From the NCBI GenBank assembly GCA_001791325.1, contig MGEK01000004.1:8566-72565 (forward strand): DNA of 64,000 nt, read 5' to 3'. Both the position numbers and the translations under genes were made by a program. Origin of the DNA: Candidatus Uhrbacteria bacterium RIFCSPLOWO2_01_FULL_47_25 (GTDB lineage: Bacteria > Patescibacteriota > Patescibacteriia > GWA2-46-9). Positions 53,523 to 62,131 of the stretch are shown here, piece by piece; position 1 is the stretch's first letter; each line of letters starts with the position of its first letter. The notes under the pieces were generated by a model. It was not told the origin of the DNA. It saw only the letters and a program-made list of their open reading frames with translations, and ran no database searches.

Positions 53523-54989
53523 TTAACTCAATTTTTTTATGGCTTGAGTAATTCTGGATAACGTTTTGGTCTTACCCAAAATAGAGGCGGTGATAAATGG
53601 GCCAGGACTTTCTTTTAAGCCGGTTAAAGCGACTCGCAGAGGCCACAAGGTCTCCCCTACTCCTAATTTTTCTTCATTGATTACCGTCTTAATAATATCT
53701 TCAAGATTGGTTTCGCTAAAATCAGATTCAGGGCAGCTCTCTAAAAGTTTAATCAAGCGCTTTAATTTTTGTAAAGTAACGGCCGGATTAGTGGTTTTCC
53801 AATTTAACAGTTTGGCCTCATAATCCGGTTGGCGAAACAAGAAACCGACGATATCTGGCACTTCGGAAAATTTTTTAGCTCTCTCGGCTACAAGTAAACT
53901 AATTTGCTCAAGCTGGTTATCTGTCAGATTTTTAGCACCAACTTGTTCAAGGTATGGTTTTGCCAAGCGAATGATCTCAAGGGTTGGTAAAGATTTCAAA
54001 TAATGGGCATTAAACCAATCAAGCTTCTGGTTATCAAAAATGGCCCCTGATTTGTTCACGGTGTTAAGATCAAATTTATCAATTAATTCTTCCCGAGTAA
54101 AAAACTCTTTTGATGTTTTTGGATTCCAGCCCAGCAAAGCCAGGTAGTTAATTATGGCCCCTGGCAGATAACCGTCATCACGAAATTTGAGAATATCGGT
54201 GCTACCATGGCGTTTGCTTAATTTGGAACGATCACGGCCTAGGATTAATGGTAAATGAGCGAAGCGGGGGGGTGTCCAGCCAAGAGCTTTGTACATAATC
54301 AGTTGTTTGGGCGTGGAAGGCAGCCATTCTTCGGCACGAATAACTGGATCAATATTCATAAGATGATCGTCAACAACCGAAGCAAGATGATAAGTGGGCC
54401 AACCATCGCTTTTTAAGAGCACCTGGTCATCAATAACGGCATTCTTAAAGTGAACACGTCCGCGTATCAAATCATTAACAGTGGTCTCCCCTATTTTTGG
54501 TATTTTCAAACGAATTATTGATAGTTCTCCAGATTGGACGCGCTTAAATGATTCTTGTGCATTAAGAGATCGACAATGACCATCATAACCTACTGGTTTT
54601 TTTGTTTTTTCTTGTTCCAGTCGTAGTTTTTGCAATCGCTCCGGCGCGCAAAAACAATAATAAGCATCCTCACTCGTCACTAAACGATCAGCGTAATCTT
54701 TATATAATATCAATCGTTCCGATTGACGATATGGGCCGTACGGACCGCCAATATCGGGCCCCTCATCATAATTGATCTGAAACCAGCGTAAAGCCTCAAT
54801 TATTTTGTTCTCAGCGCCCGGCCTCAATCTTGTTTGATCTGTATCTTCAATTCTTAAAATAAAATTGCCGTGATGGTGTTTAGCGTAAAGCCAATTAAAA
54901 AGAGCCGTCCAAATACTGCCAATATGCGGGTCGCCTGTTGGCGAAGGCGCAAAACGGGTACGAACTTTTGTGGGTTTTTTGTTCGGCAT
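53523..54989 (-). CDS. gltX: glutamate--tRNA ligase
   Basis: RFAPSPTGDPHIGSIWTALFNWLYAKHHHGNFILRIEDTD; KLSKR motif LSKRHG. Confidence 0.9.
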   Translation of the reverse strand: MPNKKPTKVRTRFAPSPTGDPHIGSIWTALFNWLYAKHHHGNFILRIEDTDQTRLRPGAENKIIEALRWFQINYDEGPDIGGPYGPYRQSERLILYKDYADRLVTSEDAYYCFCAPERLQKLRLEQEKTKKPVGYDGHCRSLNAQESFKRVQSGELSIIRLKIPKIGETTVNDLIRGRVHFKNAVIDDQVLLKSDGWPTYHLASVVDDHLMNIDPVIRAEEWLPSTPKQLIMYKALGWTPPRFAHLPLILGRDRSKLSKRHGSTDILKFRDDGYLPGAIINYLALLGWNPKTSKEFFTREELIDKFDLNTVNKSGAIFDNQKLDWFNAHYLKSLPTLEIIRLAKPYLEQVGAKNLTDNQLEQISLLVAERAKKFSEVPDIVGFLFRQPDYEAKLLNWKTTNPAVTLQKLKRLIKLLESCPESDFSETNLEDIIKTVINEEKLGVGETLWPLRVALTGLKESPGPFITASILGKTKTLSRITQAIKKLS

Positions 54990-54991
54990 TA

Positions 54992-56236
54992 CTAATTGGT
55001 AATTAAGCCCAGGCGACGTAAATCTTTGATAATAATTTTTGCCAGTGAACGGCGAACCGGATGAATAAAATCTAATAATTTATTTGGTGTTACCCACCGG
55101 AAATCAACCAATTCATGCTGGTCAACCTTGACAGTATCATTCTTGCCATCAAATTTCAAATAAAAAACAGTAACGCTCTGGCCGGCATAACCATGATAAA
55201 GTTTTCGCTTGGCGGTATCACTATCATTTTTAGACCAAATTTTTTGCCAACGGTATTTATATACGTCTGGTTTACTTTGCCCAATAATAGTTAAATTAGT
55301 AAGATTGAGCTCCTCTGCCATTTCTCTTAGCACGGCATTAGACGGCGTCTCATCCGGCTCCCGACCGCCTTGTGGAAATTGCCAATGATTGGGCACCCCA
55401 GCCCTTTCAACCAGAAGTATTTCTCCCTTTTTATTAATTATACAGCCGACCGTTAATGGTCTGTATTTGAATTTCATACTTAATAACCATCCTACCGTTT
55501 TTATCAAAAAAACGATAGTAGCTGTAAAAATTCTTCGCCAGCGACTGGGTGTATAAACGAAACGCCATGACCATTCTAATCCGATGCGTCTCATCCACCA
55601 AGGAGCTCTAACGACGCGATTGGCTAAATAATCAAGAGCGCCGCCCACCCCAATACCAACTTTAACGCTTGGACAGTAGGATAAAAATTTAGCTAACCAT
55701 TTTTCCTGCTGTCCATGTCCCAGGGCCACCACCAAAAAATCTGGTTTAACCTTATTTATGTGTTTGATTAGGCGGTCGTGCAGAGGATGATTAATTATAA
55801 AAATTTCACCCTTCATACTATAGACACCTCCTTTCGGTGGTTCGTTCGTACCGACTATGTTAATGCCATATTTAGCATGCACGTTTTTTGCCGCCTCTTT
55901 GGCCACACCATTCTCTCCGCCCAAAAAGAAAAATGACGTATCCTTTGGCACGCCAGCAAAGATCAAATTTAGAAAATCAGACCCCGTTACTCGTTCCTTT
56001 AAGCGATACCCGGCCAAGCGCAAAGCCAAGATTAAACCAAAACCGTCTACTAGCGCTAAATTAGCTCGCAGAAGAGCATCTCTGAAAGTTAAATCTTTAC
56101 TTGCTAAAACAACCATCTCTGGATTGGGAGTGACAATATAATGTTGTTTGCCGTCATTAAGAAATTTTTGTACTAATTTCAGCGCTTCATCTTGTGATAC
56201 GTTATCAACGGCTATGTTAAAACAATAAATCCGCAT
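54992..56236 (-). CDS. fusion protein: WecB/TagA/CpsF-family glycosyltransferase (N-terminal) + NUDIX hydrolase (C-terminal)
   Basis: TPNPEMVV...LALVDGFGL (WecG/TagA); NUDIX box GGREPDETPSNAVLREMAEELNL. Confidence 0.7.
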   Translation of the reverse strand: MRIYCFNIAVDNVSQDEALKLVQKFLNDGKQHYIVTPNPEMVVLASKDLTFRDALLRANLALVDGFGLILALRLAGYRLKERVTGSDFLNLIFAGVPKDTSFFFLGGENGVAKEAAKNVHAKYGINIVGTNEPPKGGVYSMKGEIFIINHPLHDRLIKHINKVKPDFLVVALGHGQQEKWLAKFLSYCPSVKVGIGVGGALDYLANRVVRAPWWMRRIGLEWSWRFVYTPSRWRRIFTATIVFLIKTVGWLLSMKFKYRPLTVGCIINKKGEILLVERAGVPNHWQFPQGGREPDETPSNAVLREMAEELNLTNLTIIGQSKPDVYKYRWQKIWSKNDSDTAKRKLYHGYAGQSVTVFYLKFDGKNDTVKVDQHELVDFRWVTPNKLLDFIHPVRRSLAKIIIKDLRRLGLITN

Positions 56237-56237
56237 A

Positions 56238-56843
56238 TCAGTTTAAACGTGCCGATTCAACGATACTGTAAATTGGGCCAGAAGCGCGTAATTTGCTTTC
56301 CATAAGATGAATTTCGTTAACTGACCAAGATATCGGTCTCGAAACATACCATTCGGTTGTCAGGGATTTTGTTTGCCGCAGGCGTCCAAGCGTGATATGA
56401 GGCACAAAACGTCGCTCATCTATAACAAAACCCAATGATTTTAGCTGATTAGATAGATTTTTATGCAGGGTATTCAAGACATGGCTCTTAATCTCTTCTA
56501 CGTTAATATACACAACTCTGGCGTTAGACGGTTGAGGAAAAGTCCCAAGACCCTTTAGTACCAATAAAAAAGGCCTTACCTTTATCGTACTCTCTTTTAT
56601 AATCTTAATAATCTCCGGCACTGTCCCCTCTTCCGTGTCGCCAAGAAAATGTAATGTTAGATGAGCTTGTTCAGGATTAACCCATTTAACATCATGGCCC
56701 GCCAACTTTTCCCATTCATGTTCTATCTCGCTGATAATCTTTTGGATAGTTATTGGCGACGGCACAGCAATAAAAAGACGTTTCATAATTCTGTTATTGT
56801 GATATATTTTTTTCATTTTGGCAAATCCAGGGATGCTTGACAT
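56238..56843 (-). CDS. 2H phosphoesterase (RNA 2',3'-cyclic phosphodiesterase ThpR/LigT-like)
   Basis: Two H-x-T-x motifs: AHLTLHFLG and PHITLGRL. Confidence 0.75.
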   Translation of the reverse strand: MSSIPGFAKMKKIYHNNRIMKRLFIAVPSPITIQKIISEIEHEWEKLAGHDVKWVNPEQAHLTLHFLGDTEEGTVPEIIKIIKESTIKVRPFLLVLKGLGTFPQPSNARVVYINVEEIKSHVLNTLHKNLSNQLKSLGFVIDERRFVPHITLGRLRQTKSLTTEWYVSRPISWSVNEIHLMESKLRASGPIYSIVESARLN

Positions 56844-56896
56844 CTATTTGGGCATTTGATAATCTAGCATTAGCACTCAAAGTATGAGAGTGCTAA

Positions 56897-57101
56897 CCCC
56901 GCACCTTTCGGCGTTACGAACGCCAGTACTAAAGCATATTTTTCTTTATGACTTATTATAATACCTATTCAATTCAACCAAGCGTTAATGCCAGCGTTCG
57001 TCATGAAGGCCGTGGCCTTGCAGTTTCAGTTATTGATTCTTTGTGGTCACCCGCGCTAGTGCGGTCAAGCCAAAGAACGCTAACGCCGTAAAGGTGCGGG
57101 G
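56897..57101. mobile_element. palindromic element family 3 (TIR CCCCGCACCTTTCGGCGTTACGAACGC / GAACGCTAACGCCGTAAAGGTGCGGGG) ending ...GGGG-T-ATG at the clpB start
   Basis: About 25-bp imperfect TIRs read directly. Confidence 0.5.
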
Positions 57102-57102
57102 T

Positions 57103-59754
57103 ATGCCGGTGAATAATTTTACGACAAAATCACAAGAGGCTCTTCAGCGCGCTTATCAATTAGCCAGCGAGCGTAACCATCAGCAAATAGAACCATTGCA
57201 CCTGTTGGCGGCTCTGCTTAGTCAAGAAGAGGGCATTGTTTTGCCGGTTTTAAAGCAATTAGAGGGACCCACAGCGACGATCAAGGAGGCCATCGCGACA
57301 GCTTTGGAATCCTTGCCGCATGTTCAATCGGGGGGTCTTTTGCAGGTTTACTTGAGTCCAGAAATGGCAGAAGTCTTGAAGCGGGCGGACGTTGAAGCCG
57401 GTCGTCTTAATGATGAATTTATCAGTACTGAACATCTGTTTTTGGCTATCTCTGAGGTTTCAAGTTCAGCCGCCGATATATTGCGGCGTTTTAAAATATC
57501 CTACGATAAAATTCTGCAGGTTTTGGTAAGTGTGCGCGGCACGCAGCGTATCACTGACGCTGAACCAGAATCAAAGTTTCAGGCCATGGAAAAATACGCG
57601 CGCAACCTGACTGCTCTGGCTCGTCAAAAAAAGTTGGATCCGGTGATCGGCCGTGATGATGAAATACGCAGAGTCATGCAAGTTTTGTCTCGGCGCACAA
57701 AAAATAATCCGGTGCTAATTGGCGAAGCGGGCACGGGTAAAACCGCCATCGTAGAGGGCTTAGCTCAGCGTATCACCGACGGTGATGTTCCAGAATCGCT
57801 GAAAGACAAAGAATTAATCGCGCTTGACCTTGGTTCCGTGCTGGCTGGCGCCAAATTTCGCGGTGAATTTGAAGATAGATTGAAGGCCGTATTGAAAGAA
57901 ATCAGCAACGCCGCTGGCAAAGTAATTTTATTTATTGATGAACTTCATACGTTGGTTGGCGCCGGCGCGGCCGAAGGAGCGATTGACGCTTCTAACATGC
58001 TAAAGCCCCCCTTGGCGCGTGGCGAACTGCATGCTATTGGCGCCACGACCTTGAAGGAGTATCAAAAATATATTGAAAAAGATCCGGCTCTAGAGAGACG
58101 TTTCCAGCCGGTTTATGTGGGCGAGCCGACGTTGGAAGATACGATCGCTATCCTGCGCGGGATTAAAGAAAGATATGAAGTTCATCACGGCGTCCGCATC
58201 ACGGACGCGGCCATTATCGCAGCGGCCAATTTGTCGGCGCGCTATATAACGGATAGATTTCTTCCAGACAAAGCAATTGACCTGATTGATGAAGCTGCTT
58301 CGTCGCTTCGTATGGAAATTGACAGCATGCCAACAGAGCTAGATAAACTCAAACGGCGAATTATTCAATTGGAGATAGAAAAACAGGCCATGCTAAACGA
58401 AACGGACGCGTCTTCATTGGAGCGTCGTCGCACCCTAGAGACAGAATTAGCTTCTTTACAGGAGAAAAATAATCAATTGGCGGTTCATTGGAAAAACGAA
58501 AAGGAAGCAATCGGTAAAATACGTGAAGCCAAAAAGAAAATTAACGCTTTCAAACAAGAGGCCGATATTGCCGAGCGACAGGCACAGTTTCAGCGTGTGG
58601 CTGAAATACGCTATGGTCTAATTCCCGATTTAGAAAAGGAAGTGAAAAAACAAGAGAACAAGCTTCTCTCTATCCAAAAAGAAAGCGGACAAAGCATACT
58701 GAAGGAAGAAATCACAGAACGCGACATCGCCCTTGTGGTGGCGCGCTGGACAGGTATACCTGTCGCTAAAATGCTTGAGGAAGAAACTCAAAAACTTGCG
58801 CGTGCCGAAGAAGAGCTGGGCCGACGAGTAGTTGGTCAAGAACCCGCTATTATATCGGTCGCTAATGCGCTCAGGCGTTCACGCGTAGGCATTAGTGAAG
58901 AAAATAGGCCGATTGGTAGTTTTATGTTTGTTGGGCCAACTGGTGTTGGCAAAACAGAATTGGCTAAAGCTTTGGCAGAATTCATGTTTAATGACGAGCA
59001 AGCGTTGGTGCGCGTGGATATGTCCGAATACATGGAAAAGCACAGTGTGGCCAAATTAATTGGCTCGCCGCCAGGATATGTTGGCTATGAGGAAGGAGGA
59101 CAATTAACGGAAAAAATCAGGCGTCGACCATATGCCGTTATTTTATTTGATGAGATAGAAAAAGCGCATCCAGATGTATTTAATATACTCTTACAAATAC
59201 TTGATGATGGCCGCCTGACTGACGCCAAGGGTCGCGTTACTAATTTCAAAAACACCATTATTATTATGACTTCTAATCTTGGCAATCAGATTATTCAAGA
59301 ATACACTTTGGGGTTTGCTGCGGCCGCTAAAAGCGATACGATGGCAAGCAAAGAAGACGAAATGGAACAAAAAATTATGACTATCATTAAAGAGCATTTT
59401 AAGCCGGAATTCTTAAACCGCGTTGATGATATTATTGTTTTTCATCATTTAACAGAAAAGCATCTCAGAGAAATAGTTGAAAAACAGCTTATAAAGGTTC
59501 AGGAACGGCTGCAGGGCAAGGGCATAATGCTCAAATTTACCGAGCAGGCTAAAATATTATTAAGTAGGGAAGGTTTTAATCCAGAATATGGAGCTCGACT
59601 ACTAAAGCGAGCTATTCAAACTCATCTGCTCGACCCTTTGGCTAAAAAAATCGTTGAAGGAAAGATGCATGAAAATATGACCATAATTGTTGATAGTGAT
59701 GGTAAAAAAATTACGATCAAGGCAGAGAACAAAAAAGCCATGGCCAATATCTAA
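57103..59754 (+). CDS. clpB: ATP-dependent chaperone ClpB (start set at ATG 57103; the listed ORF begins upstream inside the repeat element)
   Basis: Clp N-domain; two AAA+ modules ([15 protein letters not shown]; [15 protein letters not shown]); long middle coiled coil. Confidence 0.9.
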   Translation: MPVNNFTTKSQEALQRAYQLASERNHQQIEPLHLLAALLSQEEGIVLPVLKQLEGPTATIKEAIATALESLPHVQSGGLLQVYLSPEMAEVLKRADVEAGRLNDEFISTEHLFLAISEVSSSAADILRRFKISYDKILQVLVSVRGTQRITDAEPESKFQAMEKYARNLTALARQKKLDPVIGRDDEIRRVMQVLSRRTKNNPVLIGEAGTGKTAIVEGLAQRITDGDVPESLKDKELIALDLGSVLAGAKFRGEFEDRLKAVLKEISNAAGKVILFIDELHTLVGAGAAEGAIDASNMLKPPLARGELHAIGATTLKEYQKYIEKDPALERRFQPVYVGEPTLEDTIAILRGIKERYEVHHGVRITDAAIIAAANLSARYITDRFLPDKAIDLIDEAASSLRMEIDSMPTELDKLKRRIIQLEIEKQAMLNETDASSLERRRTLETELASLQEKNNQLAVHWKNEKEAIGKIREAKKKINAFKQEADIAERQAQFQRVAEIRYGLIPDLEKEVKKQENKLLSIQKESGQSILKEEITERDIALVVARWTGIPVAKMLEEETQKLARAEEELGRRVVGQEPAIISVANALRRSRVGISEENRPIGSFMFVGPTGVGKTELAKALAEFMFNDEQALVRVDMSEYMEKHSVAKLIGSPPGYVGYEEGGQLTEKIRRRPYAVILFDEIEKAHPDVFNILLQILDDGRLTDAKGRVTNFKNTIIIMTSNLGNQIIQEYTLGFAAAAKSDTMASKEDEMEQKIMTIIKEHFKPEFLNRVDDIIVFHHLTEKHLREIVEKQLIKVQERLQGKGIMLKFTEQAKILLSREGFNPEYGARLLKRAIQTHLLDPLAKKIVEGKMHENMTIIVDSDGKKITIKAENKKAMANI

Positions 59755-59906
59755 CTCACGTGTCTTGAATTATTAACCGTCATGGCTTTATCCCTGCCGG
59801 CCGCCTACCTGCCGCAGGCAGGGTTGGTGCGGCGCCCGAGGCGGATGGCTTTCTCAAGGCGTGGGGTAAATTTAACTTGGCAGGTGGCTTTTAATCAACT
59901 ATAATA

Positions 59907-61295
59907 TTGAGCATGAAAACCGGGATATATTATCTATTGATGTGCTTATTTATTTTTTCTGCAGCACTACATGGTGCGCAAGCGCAAGAATTGAATAATC
60001 ATACTCAAGCCAGGCCATTTAATCCAAATTTTATCATTGATGATTATGAATTTATCGACGTTAGTTCAATGTCGGTGGAAGCAATTAGAAGATTTCTTAA
60101 CAGCAAAAGCGGTATTTTAAAATCATATAGCGTAATTGACATAGACGGGGTAGAGCGCGATGCTGCAGAAATCATTGGACGCGCCGCCCTTAATTACTCT
60201 ATAAATCCAAAATTCATCCTTGCCCTCCTGCAAAGGGAACAAAGTTTAATTGAAGATTCCAATCCCTCCACTCGCGATCTTGATTGGGCTACGGGTTATG
60301 CGGTTTGCGATAGTTGCAGTACGGATGATCCGGGTATTCAAAAGTTTAAGGGCTTTGCCATTCAAGTTGATCGCGCCGCTTGGAGGCAACGATATTATTA
60401 TGAACATCCTTTTGAATTTGGGGTTCGCGTCGGCGGAACGAGTCTTATTGATAATACGCTTATCACGCCCGTCAACCAGGCAACGGCCAACCTTTACATT
60501 TACACGCCACATCTTAACGGAAACCGAAATTTTTGGACTATTTGGAATGATTATTTTTCTAGAAATTATCCCGACGGCACTATTCTAAAAGAGCGAGACA
60601 CTGACAATATCTGGCTTTTAACAAATGGGAAATTGCGATTAGTTACTTCGCGCGCCACTATGATGGCAGACTATGATCCTAATAAAATTATAATCGTTTC
60701 CACGAACGATATCATGCGTTATGACATTGGTGTCCCTATAAAATTTCCTAACTATTCACTCCTACGTTCGCCCCGGGGGACAGTTTACTTATTAGTGAAT
60801 GACGTTCGCCGAGGTATTACCTCGCGCGAAATATTCCGAGGCTTGGGTTTTAACCCAGAAGAAATCATTGATGCCTCATGGGAAGATCTAAACCTATATA
60901 GCGAGGGGGTACCAATCACTTCCACTGAAGCTCAACCGCTTGGAGAATTACTGCAAAATAAAATAACAGGCGGCGTTTATTACGTGGCTTATGGCGTACG
61001 TCATCCGATTAAATCACGAGAAATATTGCGCAATCGCTTCTCCCGCTATCCCATAAAACCTGTATCTCCAGAAATGTTGTCAAAATATTATCTTGGAGAT
61101 GCTGTAAAATTTAAGGACGGCGAGCTGGTAACTACGTCTGGTGAGACAACCGTTTACGTTATATCCAACGGACAAAAAAGACCAGTAGTATCAAGCGAAG
61201 TATTCACCGAGCTTGGCTACAGATGGTCTAATATTATCCATACGACTCCCGATGCTGTAGCAGTTCATCCTGATGGAGCGCCCATAACAGGTTAA
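59907..61295 (+). CDS. secreted hypothetical protein
   Basis: Signal peptide MSMKTGIYYLLMCLFIFSAALHGAQAQ. Confidence 0.5.
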   Translation: MSMKTGIYYLLMCLFIFSAALHGAQAQELNNHTQARPFNPNFIIDDYEFIDVSSMSVEAIRRFLNSKSGILKSYSVIDIDGVERDAAEIIGRAALNYSINPKFILALLQREQSLIEDSNPSTRDLDWATGYAVCDSCSTDDPGIQKFKGFAIQVDRAAWRQRYYYEHPFEFGVRVGGTSLIDNTLITPVNQATANLYIYTPHLNGNRNFWTIWNDYFSRNYPDGTILKERDTDNIWLLTNGKLRLVTSRATMMADYDPNKIIIVSTNDIMRYDIGVPIKFPNYSLLRSPRGTVYLLVNDVRRGITSREIFRGLGFNPEEIIDASWEDLNLYSEGVPITSTEAQPLGELLQNKITGGVYYVAYGVRHPIKSREILRNRFSRYPIKPVSPEMLSKYYLGDAVKFKDGELVTTSGETTVYVISNGQKRPVVSSEVFTELGYRWSNIIHTTPDAVAVHPDGAPITG

Positions 61296-61306
61296 TCTAA
61301 ACATCT

Positions 61307-62113
61307 ATGGCTCTGGTTTTTGCTGCTATTGTTCCCCACTCACCTATTTTTATTCCCGATATCGGTAAAGATAACCTTGCGGAGCTTCAACATACTATTC
61401 AGGCCCTCCAACAAATCAGTAAACAACTAGTTATGGCTAGCCCAGAAACGATTATATGCATAACTAATCATCCCGTCGGTAAAGACAATTTAAACAATGC
61501 TCTCGTTTTTAATTTAAATTCACACTACCAAACAAATTTTGAAGAATTCGGCGAATATGGTAATACTTTTATGATTCCCGGAGACCCGGCTCTAACTTAT
61601 CATTTGAAGCATCGCTTTGATTCAGAGCGTGATAAATACCCTATCGCTGTGACCAGCGAACAAAAATTGGATGGCAGCATAAGCTCTCCGCTTTTTTATC
61701 TTTTGAAAGGACAGCCCAATATACATCTGGTGCCAATGAGCGACACCATAGAGGATGATCGTCCAGAATTTGTGCTTGGCGGGAGGCTGCGGCGACCTAT
61801 TTATCAGGAAAAAAAAAGAATTGGGCTTTTCGCTATAATGAACTTATCTCATCGCCTGAACGATAAATCTCCGGCTGGTTATTCGCCAAAAGCTAAATCG
61901 TTTGATCAACGCGTGATCGCGGCTATTACTAAGAATAAAGTTACTACACTTCTTCGCCTCAAGAAAGAAACCTTGCTGGAAGTCAAAGAATGTGCTGTGC
62001 GTCCCCTATTGTTATTGTTCGGTATATTGAAAAATACCAATTACACACCGGATTTATTATCTTATGAAAGTCCTTTTGGCATAGGCCACGCTGTAATAAA
62101 TCTTAAACTCTAA
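61307..62113 (+). CDS. LigB/MEMO-like (class III extradiol dioxygenase fold) protein
   Basis: AAIVPHSPIF...NLSHRL resembles LigB-family metal-binding motifs; weak. Confidence 0.35.
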   Translation: MALVFAAIVPHSPIFIPDIGKDNLAELQHTIQALQQISKQLVMASPETIICITNHPVGKDNLNNALVFNLNSHYQTNFEEFGEYGNTFMIPGDPALTYHLKHRFDSERDKYPIAVTSEQKLDGSISSPLFYLLKGQPNIHLVPMSDTIEDDRPEFVLGGRLRRPIYQEKKRIGLFAIMNLSHRLNDKSPAGYSPKAKSFDQRVIAAITKNKVTTLLRLKKETLLEVKECAVRPLLLLFGILKNTNYTPDLLSYESPFGIGHAVINLKL

Positions 62114-62131
62114 TGTAGAAAACAGTGAGCT

